NCBI GenBank assembly: GCA_977017645.1 | Contig: OZ360221.1 | Coordinates: forward strand, 112,654,001 to 112,718,000 | DNA: 64,000 nucleotides | Reading direction: 5' to 3' | From: Torpedo marmorata | Taxonomy: Eukaryota | Shown: one piece after another, positions 26,920 through 37,653 of the stretch | Position numbering within the stretch: position 1 is the first letter of the stretch | Layout: each line of letters begins with the position of its first letter | The notes under the pieces: generated by a model | Databases searched by the model: none | What the model was told of the DNA's origin: nothing | What the model saw: the letters and a program-made list of their open reading frames with translations, nothing else | Translations under genes and position numbers: made by a program

Positions 26920-27072
26920 GCACTGGCTGAACTGAATGGAAGGATTCAGCCTTTGGTGAATGGAATCAATGCAAATAAGACTAAGTGGGAGGAGCTTTAT
27001 ACAAAGTACCGTCAGTCCCATGGTGTCGCAGATGCTGCTAATTGCACACTGAAGATTGAAGTAATCAACTAG
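26920..27072 (+). CDS. PDE11A: Phosphodiesterase 11A, terminal coding exon
   Basis: Polypyrimidine tract and ttccAG acceptor. Encodes ALAELNGRIQPLVNGINANKTKWEELYTKYRQSHGVADAANCTLKIEVIN*, in phase with the 2271-2354 exon and resembling the PDE11A C-terminus (AL..N....P....NRSKWEEL). Absent from the ORF track because it is short and has no start codon. Confidence 0.85.
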   Translation, partial: ALAELNGRIQPLVNGINANKTKWEELYTKYRQSHGVADAANCTLKIEVIN

Positions 27073-29675
27073 TGCAATTCAGACCTAAACGTGTTTCTGG
27101 CCTGACCTTATACAACATTAGACAATTTGACCCTCTAGCAGATGGAATGTTAATGAAAATGATGCAAATGCTGAGAATCATCAATATTACTTTGGCTGCA
27201 GAATGAACCCTTAGCAACATTACCATAAATCCCATCTGCGTGGCTTCTGAAGAAAAGGTGCAAAATCATGTTGTCCTCTGATCAGATCTTGGATATTGAA
27301 TAGAGCTCAACACTGCAAATATTCAACAAGAAAATTGGCAATCGCCAGTCATGGACCATTTCACATGTATCCCATCATGCCTCGCAATGTTTGCTACTGA
27401 AGAGCATCCAGCAATTACTGTGGTGATTAAAATCATAATCTGCCATCTGCTACAGCAACATTGTTTCAGTGCTTCAAAAGAAATGTGCTAGTGCCTGGAC
27501 AGCTTTATTAAAGTGAATTTGAGTTAACTCTGTTGGCAGCAGGGTACGCTGTCAGACTGACAATGGCTTGTTGATTTTCAATGCAAGATGCTCTCCTGAC
27601 AAGTAACTGCTCTCAGAACTCAGAATTCTGGGGTAGATCCAAGGGACTCCATTTAAAATGTCATTCCAGAAGCATTTCTGAATATCAATTGAGGCATCAA
27701 TTCCTCATCAGTTTTCTGCAGCATTGATCATGTGTCTGAATCGGTCTTTTAATGGGGTGCTTTAATGCTGCATGTACAATCTTCTCCTTAGGGCAGAGTG
27801 GGTATCTTTAGTGGTCACCAGTGTCACAGATCACACAGAATTATGTCGTCATGTGATTTGTAGCCTGTTCTCTCATTTCCCATTGTTGCGTTTTCAACAT
27901 CAAATTGCTATTCTTCAGCCACATGCGACTGATCAAAGTGTGTTCATTTGGTAGGAATAGAAGGTATATACTGTAACTGATTTGGTTTAAGGACACATTT
28001 CCAGATGTTTACAGATATGTAAAGCAAACTTAATGTTCCACCAGTGATAGTGAGAGAAAGCAGTGCGTAGTTTGAGAGTGAGCCTGTCACAATAAGATGA
28101 AATGTTCAGTTTGATATATGATAATCTCATAGTCTAACAGTAGCAGAATTAAAATAATTGACTTCAGTACCTGTGGGAAAATGAGAGAAAATCATGTAAT
28201 TGTGATTTGGCAACTCCGCTCCAAGACTTGCGCGGATCATGTGAGCAGCCTCTTGATTGTAGTGCTGGAAGAAGGAGTGCTGCACTGTTGAAGATGATAC
28301 ATTGTGGATGAAATGTTCAACCTAAGCACTAGCTCTTTGTTCAGTTTGAAGTTAGAATTTAGGTGTAAATATTCACTGAGGAACAACATCACCAAAAACA
28401 CGTTACTTGGCAATTTGCTGTGTGTGGCATCCAGATGTGCCCAAATTGATGGTCATCTTAAACTCTCATCTGTTCAGTTTTTTAGATTCACTAAAAGTAT
28501 TACATGGTATTGAAATAAAATAAGCATTTCATTCCATTGCTACATCATTGGTTGGAATAATAAATAAAAATAATCAAATGATTCATGCAAAAAACAGAAA
28601 CAAAATGCATAGCAGAACCTTTAAAAATAGTACATACACATTATAATGGTGATATTTTTGGGAGTGCAATGTGAATTCTTTGGAAAATAGCTGATCAACA
28701 GGAATGGATGTGTTCAGCATGAGCCAATTATTCTCAAGCATTCATTTTGGTTTATGAGATAGCTGCAAAGCTCTTTTGAATTGGTTCAGTAGAATAAACT
28801 GACGTAAAGACTAAATCCTGCATTAAATACCTTAAGCAATGCTTGAATGAATGATATAACTGCTATGATTGATATAACTGATGACCAAAATGCACTGAGG
28901 AGAGCATACATTAACTATTATGCATATAATTTTAAAACACAGTTGTTTAACTAGAAGAAGTGAAGTACCACAACTTAAAAAACATCACAGTATCATTAAC
29001 TGAAGGAAGAGCTGCATTTATGAGCATGTGTTTAAAAAAAACTTGCAAATTCCTGACAAATTAAAATGGATGGCTAGAAAGCTATTTCTTTAAATTTAAA
29101 ATGAATCAAAATGATACAAATATTTTCTTCTCATGTTATCCAAGTAAGGAATGTTAACATTTTTGGGAGATTACATGTCATTATGCATGTTTCAATCCCT
29201 TTAACAATCTTGATAGAACATTTTATACTCATTGTACTTGCACTGTAATTTTACAGCATGAAATTGGTTTCAACTACATTTTTGACTATTTATTTAGAGA
29301 TGTTTAATTTGGACAAGTCAGTCGTAGATTCAGATCCTTGTTTATGTAGCTGTTGAATTAACATTTAATGAGGCTTTGATTAATTGTTTTCATACAAGAG
29401 TATTGCTTCACAGGGCATTTGTTTCTTCTACATATATACTCACATTGTAATATCAGTACTTTTATAATAGTTTGTTTGTTGAATAGGTTTGTTGTTGGTT
29501 TTAATTGCACATGTTTATTTGTTATGTGTATAGCACTATTTTTTTAACTTCTGGTTGGATGCTAATTGTATCTTATTGGCTTGTTTTGCACTGGTACAAT
29601 GACATTAAAGTGAATCTAATCTAATCTAATCTAAGATTTATTTACGGTAATTCCCTCTGGTCCATTGGAATAAAA
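27073..29675 (+). other. PDE11A: Probable PDE11A 3' UTR; 3' end uncertain
   Basis: AT-rich stretch after the stop codon with few young repeats. Candidate AATAAA signals near 28514, 28563, 28793 and 29669. Confidence 0.5.
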
Positions 29676-30784
29676 AAACTATGGCATCAAATCAAATGTG
29701 TATTGTTTAATAACTGCCCAACCAAATCAACTACAATGCAATCAAAGTAATTGTTTAAGTCACGAATGGTATTCAAGTGGGGAGAAAATCTCAGTTTATC
29801 TGATACCATATTGAATAATTTCTTAATCAGAATGAAAATCCTGTGCCTCATATAATTAAAATCATTTTAATTTATAGAGTCATAGAGTTATGCAGCATGT
29901 AAACAGGCCTTTCAGCCCAACTAGTCCATGCCAACCAAAATGCCTTTCTGAGCTAATCCCTTTCACCTGTGTTTGGTTCATACCACTTCAAACCTTTCCT
30001 ATCCCTGTACCTGTCCATTGTAATTGTCCCTGTCTCTGCTATTCTTCTGACAGCCTGTTCCTTCTACCCATCACCCTCTGTGTGGAAAAGCTTGACCCTC
30101 AGATTCCCTTTAAATTTTTCCTCCTTTCTCTTAAGCCTATGCCCTCTACTTCTAGACTCCCCTACTCTGAGAACAAAACTGTGACCATCTACATAATCCA
30201 TTCCCCTAGTGATTTAATAAACCTGTAAGGTCACCTTTCAAGTTCCTTCATTCCAGATAAAATAATACCAGTTTATTTCCTTATAACTCAAGCCCTCTAG
30301 TCCTAGCAATATCCTTGGGAAACTTTTCTGCACACTCTCTAGCTTAATCCTTCCTGTACCATGGTAAACAGACCTGCACACAATACTGTAGGTGCAATCT
30401 CACCAGTCTTGTTCAGATATGACATCCCAACTCCTGCATTCAATGCCCTGACCGATGAAGGAAAGTGTGCCGTGCCTTCTCATCACCTCATCCACCTGTG
30501 TCACCACTTTCAGATAACTATCTACTTGTACCCCAAGGTCTGTCTGTTGCAAAACATTCTCTAAGGCCCTTCCTTCCATTCACTAATCTTGTTTTTAACT
30601 TCCCAAAATGCATCACTTTGAATGTGTCTGAGTTAAATTCTATCTGCCATTCCATTGAACACTTTCCCAGTTGACACCCTGTTGTCATCTTAGACAACCT
30701 TCTTCACTGTCCACCATACCACCAATTTTGGTGTCATTCACAAGCTTACATGCCTTCTCCATTCATATCCAAAGCATTAATATA

Positions 30785-30915
30785 CTGTAAAACCCCCTGG
30801 TATCCGGCACCTATGGGGATTGGTAGATGCCAGATAAGTGAATTTTCTGGTTGCTTGAGACTGCGTGCTGCGTAATTGGCGAACTAACAGCGAGGAGTGC
30901 CAATTTTAAACCCCT
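30785..30915 (+). mobile_element. Possible Tigger/pogo-like MITE end
   Basis: Begins TA-ctgtaaaaccccctggtatccgg at a break in the CR1; no matching second end seen. Confidence 0.35.
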
Positions 30916-31165
30916 GCAGCACGGTTGGCGTAGTGGTTAGTGCAACGCCTTTACAGCGCCAGCGATTGGGACCGGACCTGGGTTCGAATCCCGCACTGTC
31001 TGTAAGGAGTTTGTATGTTCTCCCCGTGTCTGTGTGGGTTTTCTCAGGGGGCTCCAGTTTCCTCCCACCCTTCAAAAACGTACCGGGGTGTAGGTTAATA
31101 GGGTGTAAAATGGGCGGCACGGACTCGTAGGGCCGAATTGGCCTGTTACAGTGCTGTATGACTAA
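30916..31165 (+). mobile_element. HE1-type tRNA-derived SINE
   Basis: A box TGGCGTAGTGG, B box GGTTCGAATCC, V-SINE-like core and CR1-like tail ggcctgttacagtgctgtatg. Confidence 0.88.
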
Positions 31166-32917
31166 TGGTGTGCTATCTTTTTCCATCACTATTTTAAAAC
31201 TAATAGAATGATGGTCACTGGTCCCAAATAATCCCCCACTGACACTTCAGTCACATGCCCTGCCTCATTTCCTAAGGGGTCAAGTGTTTAGCCCTCTCTA
31301 GTAGGGCCATCTACATATTGCTTAAGAACACTTTCCTGGACAAACTTAAGAATTTCTGCCCCATCCATGCTCTTTGCACTGTGTCAATATTAATGAATGT
31401 AAAATTGCCTTCTATTACAACCCAATTATTCCTATAGCTCTGTGTTCTTCTAACATAGTTGCTCCTCTAATTCCTGCTGACTATTAGTGGGCCAATAATA
31501 CAATGCCACCAAAGAGATCACCCCCTTCTTATTTCTAAGTTCTCCCAATGGAGCCTCATTGGACATCCTCCCAGGAATTTTCTAAGTACTGCTATGACAT
31601 TTCCCCCTGATCAAAAACACAACACCCTCTCCTCTCTTTCGTCCACCTCTGCTCTGGCACATTGAGCTGCGAGTCCTAACCATCCCTCAACCATGTTTCT
31701 GTAATAGTTTTTATATCACAATACTATGTTCCGATCCATGCCCTGATCTCATTTGCCTGAGCAGCCAGGCTTCTTGAATTAAAATAAATGCAGCTTAACC
31801 TTCCTCGCTTCCTGTCCCAGCTACTGCAATACACAAAAGTGCTGGAGAAACTCAGCAGGACATGCAGCATCCACAGGAAATAAAAGCTAACCAGTGTGTC
31901 AGGGCAGAGACCTTTGTCAGGAATTAGGATAAACAGGTAGCTGCCTGAATATAACAATGGGGAGGGGGTGGGGGGAAGAGAGGTGAGGAGGAAGGAAAGG
32001 GAAGGGGGGAGGTGCACAGGCTAACAGGTGGGTGGGAATAGGTGGATACAGATGAGAGTGTAGAAGAGAAAGAAGCCAAGAAGTGATTGGGGTGAGGGCT
32101 CCTGGACTTGCTCGCTTTAATTTATATATTTTCTTCAACTTTCTTATCTGCCACATGACTACTTTGGGTCCCACACCCATCTCCCTGCCAGATGACTTTA
32201 AACATTCTCAGGTTGGTCTCTTCCAGGGTATTGGTTCCCTCCAGTTCAGGTGCAACCCATCCTTCTTCCAAGGTGCCTCTGATGCAGAAGAGATCCAAAT
32301 GGCCCAAAAATCTGAATCCCTCTCCCTCCTGCACCCAATTCTCAGCCACACATTCACCTGGCCTATCCTTAGAATTCTTGCCCTCACTTGCATGTAACAG
32401 AGGGAGTAGTACAGAGATTCTGAGGTCCTGCTTTTCAACCTACCTAATTCCCTATATTCACTCTTCAGAACCTCATCCCTTTTTCTACCTATGTCGTTGG
32501 TACTAATGTGTGCAATAACCTCTGGCTGCTCACTGCTACCTTTGCAAATGGTCTGCAACCACTCAGATACATCCTTGCCTCTAGCCCCCAGGAGACATCA
32601 TGCCATTTTGGAGTTTCATTGGCAGCCACAGCCGTCTCCTTTCTGCACCCCACCCCCGAACTATCAAATCCCCTAACAGCACTCTTTAATTCTACGCTTT
32701 GCTGAAATGCATCAAAGTCAGTTATTGAACCTCAGAGCTGGCTGCTGTTGCTGCTGCTCTCCTCTGAAAGGTGATTCCCCAACAGTATTCAAAATGATTC
32801 ACTTGTTACTGAGTGGAATGATCACAGAAGAACACTGCACTCCATGTCCTGTCTAACCCCTCTGTCTTTCCTGGCAGTTACACAACTACCCACTACTTAT
32901 ATATTCAGTGTGACCAC

Positions 32918-35900
32918 TGATATGCCTATCAATAACCGACACGAGTCTAGAAGTGCAGGAATTAACAAGGCTTTTATTAACAGAATCAAAGCCAGGGCTG
33001 ACTATGCCTTGACCTGATGATCCCTGCTGGATTGTCCCGGAACTGGGGGAGGAGTTGCTGGCTCAAGGCCTTTATTCCAGGTAAAGGGGGAGGGGTCACC
33101 GGGACAGACAGACAGGTCATGGTCATACCTGCCTCAGGCCATAATACATACAAAGTGGTTTACCACATTCACCCCTTCTTTTAGAACAAGTCCGACGGTG
33201 GGGTGAAGTGGAAAACTGTAAAAAGAGAAGAGAAAAAAAAAATACAAAATACATAGATAATATACAGTTTTTACAGGTCGAGTTTCGCCGGCGGCCGGAT
33301 TTGCCGCCGTGACCTCCGTAGCGCCAGCGGGGATGGTAGTGGTTGTGGAATGAGGGTACGAGTGAAAATACGTGATGCCCGCGGGGATGATTGTGGCTGC
33401 GGGATGGGAGTAGGTACAGTAGGGTGGATCTGGGGCTGGTTCGCCTCCTGCCTGGCTAGTGGCCAGTACAGCTGTGACGGGGACAACGTCGTGCTGGGAG
33501 GCGGATGGTCCGGAGGGGGCAGCTGCGACCCGGCGTTCCCGCTGTCGGGGACCTCTTCAGACGCTCCTGCAGGCGCCAGGTCCCGTATTGACACCGTGTC
33601 TTCCCGCCCATCGGGGAGAACCACGAATGCGTACTGCGGGTTTGCATGGATCAGCTGCACCCTCTCGACTAAGGGCTCGTACTTGCTACTCCGAAGATGT
33701 TTGCGGAGTAGCACCGGCCCCGGGGACGTCAGCCAGGCAGGGAGTGTAGTCCCGGTGGTCGATTTTCTGGGGAAGGAAAAGATACGTTCGTGAGGGGTAG
33801 TGTTAGTGGCGGTACATAAGAGGGATCGTATAGAGTGGAGGGCGTCCGGGAGAACCTCCTGCCAGCGAGCCACTGGCCACCCTTTTGCTTTGAGGGCCAG
33901 TAGTGTCGCTGTCCATACTGTGGCGTTCTCCCTCTCCACTTGTCCGTTCCCCCGTGGGTTGTACGCCGTGGTCCTGCTGGTAGCGATGCCTCGGGTCTGC
34001 AAGTGCTGTCGCAGCTCCCCGCTCATGAACGCGGACCCCCGGTCGCTGTGGACATAGCTGGGGAACCCGAACACGGTGAAAACCTGGTGGAGAGCCTTGA
34101 TAGCCGCCGCCGCCGAGGTATCTGGGCAGGGGATGGCAAAGGGGAACCGCGAGTACTCATCAATGATGTTGAGGAAGTACACATTGCGGTTCGTGGAGGG
34201 GAGGGGGCCCTTGAAGTCTATACTGAGACGTTCGAACGGGCGGGTGGCTTTGACCAGCTGTGCTCTGTCGGGGCGGTAGTACTGCGGTTTGCATTCCGCA
34301 CAGACTCGGCAGCTGCTGGTCATGGTCTTGACCTCATCCAGGGAGAAAGGCAGGTTCCGTGCTTTAATAAAGTGTAACAGCCTGGTGACTCCTGGGTGGC
34401 AGAGGTCATTATGTAGGGCGTATAACCGGTCGATCTGCGCGCTGGCGCACGATCCCTGGGATAGAGCGTCAGGGGGCTCGTTGAGCTTCCCGGGCCGGTA
34501 AAGGATGTTGTAATTGTAGGTGGAGAGTTCTATTCTCCACCTCATGATTTTATCATTTTTAATTTTACCCCGCTGCTGGCTGTTAAACATGAAAGCGACG
34601 GAGCGCTGGTCCGTCAGCAGGGTAAAATGTTTTCCGGCGAGATAGTGCCTCCAGTGCCGGACAGCCTCGACAATGGCCTGGGCCTCTTTCTCTACCGCGG
34701 AGTGCCGAATTTCGGGGCCTTGAAGGGTGCGGGAGAAAAACGCTACCGGTCTTCCCGCCTGGTTGAGGGTAGCAGCCAGTGCGAAGTCCGAGGCGTCACT
34801 CTCTACCTGAAAAGGTTCCGACTCGTCCACCGCGTGCATCGCTGCTCGGGCGATGTCCCCTTTTATGAGGTCGAAAGCCTCACGTGCCTCCGCTGCCAGG
34901 GGAAACTTGGTGGATTTGACGAGGGGTCGGGCTTTGTCCGAGTAATTTGGGACCCACTGTGCATAATAGGAGAAAAACCCGAGGCATCGTTTAAGTGCTT
35001 TGGGGGTAACGGGGATCGGAAGTTCCAACAGGGGGCGCATGCGGTCGGGGTCGGGTCCAATCACCCCGTTTTCCACGACGCACCCCAGGATAGCGAGTCG
35101 GGTAGTCCCGAACACGCATTTCTCCTTGTTATATGTGAGGTTCAGCGTCTCGGCCGCCTGTAAGAACTTCCGAAGGTTCCTGTCGTGATCCTGGCGATCA
35201 TGACCACAGATGGTGATGTCGTCCAGGTACGGGAAGGTGGCAGTGAGCTTGAACTGATCAATGATCCTGTCCATCTCCCTTTGGAACACGGATACCTCAT
35301 TTGTTACCCCGAAGGGGACGCGCAGAAAATGGAATAATCTGCCGTCCGCCTCGAAAGCGGTGTATACTCGGTCCTCCCGGCGGATTGGGAGCTGGTGGTA
35401 AGCCGACTTAAGGTCGATGGTGGAGAAGACTTTGTATTGAGCAATCTGGTTGACCATGTCCGCGATCTTTGGCAGCGGATAGGCGTCCAGTTGCGTGAAC
35501 CGGTTGATGGTCTGGCTATAGTCCACCACCATCCGGCTCTTAGCCCCGTTCTTCACCACGACTACCTGTGCTCTCCAGGGGCTGTTACTGGGTGCAATGA
35601 TCCCTTCCCCCAGCAAACGCTGCACCTCCGCCTTAATGAATGCCCTGTCCCCTGCACTGTATCGCCTACTTTTAGTTGCGATGGGCTTACAGTCAGGGGT
35701 CAGGTTGGCGAAGAGTGGCGGGGGTTGGGTCTTTAGTGTGGAGAGACCACAGGTAGTCTGGGGCGTATTAATTAAATATTGGGGGTTAGTCACAACGATT
35801 GGGGGGTGGGGCCCATCATAGTGCATGGTGACGCTACGCAGGTGGCTTTGGAAGTCCAATCCCAGCAATACAGGAGCACACAAACGGGGCATGATTAACA

Positions 35901-37653
35901 ACGAAAACTCCCGATATTCCGTGCCCTGTACCACTATATTCGCCACACAACGCCCCCGGATGTCTGTTGTGTGCGTTCCAGACGCCATGGCCACCCTCTG
36001 GCTTACCGGTACAATGGTGAGGCCACAGCGCTGGGCAGTGTCTGGGTGTATAAAACTTTCTGTACTGCCTGTGTCGAACAGGCAGGTGGTCTTATGCCCC
36101 TCAACGAGAATGTCCATCATGGATCTGGACAGTTGATGGGGCGCGTTCTGGTCCAGCGTCACGGATGCCAGGGTCGAGACGAAGTCTTGATCTTGATCCG
36201 GTGGTAGCTCCCGTGGCTCGTACGTGTCGCTACGAGGGGGTGGAGCCGGGAGTGCTGGAAGTGCTGCGGTGAGATTATAAAATGGCCGCGCCGGAAATGT
36301 AGAGATCGGATGTGTGGACCAAGATGGCCGCCTCCAGTCCTCACACGAGGTCTCCTCAGGAAGTGACGTCGGGTAAGATGGCCGCCCCCTCCCGTCGCAC
36401 GTGGCGCTGCTGGAAAACTGAAGTGCTGCGTGCTGTGATGGCTGCCTCCAGACCTCACACGAGGTCTCCGCCGGAAGTGGAGTCGAGTAAGATGGCCGCC
36501 CCCGTACCTCGCACGCGGCGCTGCTCGGACCCGTGCGCGACTTGGAGCGGCAGACCTTAGCATAGTGGCCTTTCTTGCCACAGCTAGAACAAGTCGCGTC
36601 TCGGGCCGGGCAGCGCTTGCGCGGGTGCTTGTCGAGCCCGCAGAAGTAGCACTTCTCGGGCTCCCGGGAGATAGCGGCAGCGGTTAACTCACGGGTAGCG
36701 GCGGGCTCTCGGGCAGCGGCGGCAGCGGCCAACTCACGGATAGCGTCGGCGGCGGCGAGCGGGTCCCGGTAGACGGCAGCAGCCGTCGCGTTGCTTGTAG
36801 GGCTGACGGTTGGGGCGATCCAAGAAGCAGGCTGCGCCTGCATAGCGTCAGCGTTCTTTAGGGCTGAGTCCAGATTCAGGATGTTCTGGACAGTCGATTT
36901 CAGGGTCAGGTCGGCGTGTTCCAGCAATCGCTGGCGGATGTAGCCCGACCTGATCCCTTTTATGATAGTGTCCCTTGCCAGAATCTCGGAGTGTTGCTCA
37001 GCCGTCAGGGCTCGACAGTCACACGCTCGTACCAGGAGCATCACGTCCTGGATATATTCAGAGACCGACTCTCCGGGTCGCTGGTACCACTGCGATATCC
37101 GGTGCCTTGCGAAAATCTCGTTCGCAGGCGTCATGTACAGCGTTCGGAGGGCGAGCAAGGCATCATCAAAAGTCCCACAGTCTCTGACGGCGCCATACAC
37201 TCGCTTGCTTACCCTGGACATGAGGATATCGAGTTTCTGCTCGTCGGTAGCCGCTCCGGACGACCTCACGTAGGCTGTGAAGCAGCGTTGCCACAGTTCG
37301 AAATCGCTTGCAGCGTCTTGGGCCAGGGGGTCGATGTCTAGCTTGTCTGGCTTTAACAAATTCTCCATTGATTCGTATTTTTTGTTGAAACTGTTAATAA
37401 AATTGATATGCCTATCAATAACTGACACGAGTCTAGAAGTGCAGGAATTAACAAGGCTTTTATTAACAGAATCAAAGCCAGGGCTGACTATACCTTGACC
37501 TGATGATCCCTGCTGGATTGTCCCGGAACTGGGGGAGGAGTTGCTGGCTCAAGGCCTTTATTCCAGGTAAAGGGGGAGGGGTCACCGGGACAGACAGACA
37601 GGTCATGGTCATACCTGCCTCAGGCCATAATACATACAAAGTGGTTTACCACA
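32918..37653 (-). mobile_element. Full-length young Ty3/Gypsy LTR retrotransposon
   Basis: 250-bp LTRs at 32918-33167 and 37404-37653 (2 differences seen by eye); TG...CA termini; 5-bp TSD ACCAC; polypurine tract next to the 3' LTR (33168-33182); single long ORF. Confidence 0.97.
33271..37368 (-). CDS. Gypsy Gag-Pol polyprotein in a single frame (Gag, 2 zinc knuckles, PR, RT, RNase H, IN)
   Basis: CYFCGLDKHPRKRC and CSSCGKKGHYAKVC; LFDTGS; YLDD; SDAS; H..CHPG...CRVC; SIDFKGP, HSDRG, GQVER. First ATG downstream of the LTR is at 37368. Confidence 0.93.
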   Translation of the reverse strand: MENLLKPDKLDIDPLAQDAASDFELWQRCFTAYVRSSGAATDEQKLDILMSRVSKRVYGAVRDCGTFDDALLALRTLYMTPANEIFARHRISQWYQRPGESVSEYIQDVMLLVRACDCRALTAEQHSEILARDTIIKGIRSGYIRQRLLEHADLTLKSTVQNILNLDSALKNADAMQAQPASWIAPTVSPTSNATAAAVYRDPLAAADAIRELAAAAAAREPAATRELTAAAISREPEKCYFCGLDKHPRKRCPARDATCSSCGKKGHYAKVCRSKSRTGPSSAACEVRGRPSYSTPLPAETSCEVWRQPSQHAALQFSSSATCDGRGRPSYPTSLPEETSCEDWRRPSWSTHPISTFPARPFYNLTAALPALPAPPPRSDTYEPRELPPDQDQDFVSTLASVTLDQNAPHQLSRSMMDILVEGHKTTCLFDTGSTESFIHPDTAQRCGLTIVPVSQRVAMASGTHTTDIRGRCVANIVVQGTEYREFSLLIMPRLCAPVLLGLDFQSHLRSVTMHYDGPHPPIVVTNPQYLINTPQTTCGLSTLKTQPPPLFANLTPDCKPIATKSRRYSAGDRAFIKAEVQRLLGEGIIAPSNSPWRAQVVVVKNGAKSRMVVDYSQTINRFTQLDAYPLPKIADMVNQIAQYKVFSTIDLKSAYHQLPIRREDRVYTAFEADGRLFHFLRVPFGVTNEVSVFQREMDRIIDQFKLTATFPYLDDITICGHDRQDHDRNLRKFLQAAETLNLTYNKEKCVFGTTRLAILGCVVENGVIGPDPDRMRPLLELPIPVTPKALKRCLGFFSYYAQWVPNYSDKARPLVKSTKFPLAAEAREAFDLIKGDIARAAMHAVDESEPFQVESDASDFALAATLNQAGRPVAFFSRTLQGPEIRHSAVEKEAQAIVEAVRHWRHYLAGKHFTLLTDQRSVAFMFNSQQRGKIKNDKIMRWRIELSTYNYNILYRPGKLNEPPDALSQGSCASAQIDRLYALHNDLCHPGVTRLLHFIKARNLPFSLDEVKTMTSSCRVCAECKPQYYRPDRAQLVKATRPFERLSIDFKGPLPSTNRNVYFLNIIDEYSRFPFAIPCPDTSAAAAIKALHQVFTVFGFPSYVHSDRGSAFMSGELRQHLQTRGIATSRTTAYNPRGNGQVERENATVWTATLLALKAKGWPVARWQEVLPDALHSIRSLLCTATNTTPHERIFSFPRKSTTGTTLPAWLTSPGPVLLRKHLRSSKYEPLVERVQLIHANPQYAFVVLPDGREDTVSIRDLAPAGASEEVPDSGNAGSQLPPPDHPPPSTTLSPSQLYWPLARQEANQPQIHPTVPTPIPQPQSSPRASRIFTRTLIPQPLPSPLALRRSRRQIRPPAKLDL

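Larger units (their letters stand above)
29875..32917 (-). mobile_element. Old fragmented CR1 LINE (RT 3' end, endonuclease pieces, ORF1 SGNH-esterase remnant); continues at ~37659-37790
   Basis: CR1 tail (atagagtc)n at 29875; LSCIYFNSRSL endonuclease start; ORF 32208-32558 QPEVIAHISTNDIGRK...KDGLHLN typical of CR1 ORF1 esterase. Interrupted by several younger inserts. Confidence 0.75.

Noticed and set aside
30916-30995. tRNA gene (also at ~340-414 and ~51109-51190)
   Set aside because: The A/B boxes are SINE heads that run into a shared SINE body.
33350-37341. Many + strand ORFs over the Gypsy element
   Set aside because: Antisense shadows of a GC-rich coding sequence.
37369-37428. N-terminal 20 aa of the 1385-aa ORF
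   Set aside because: Begins at a non-ATG codon inside the LTR; the related element's gag aligns from the ATG at 37368.
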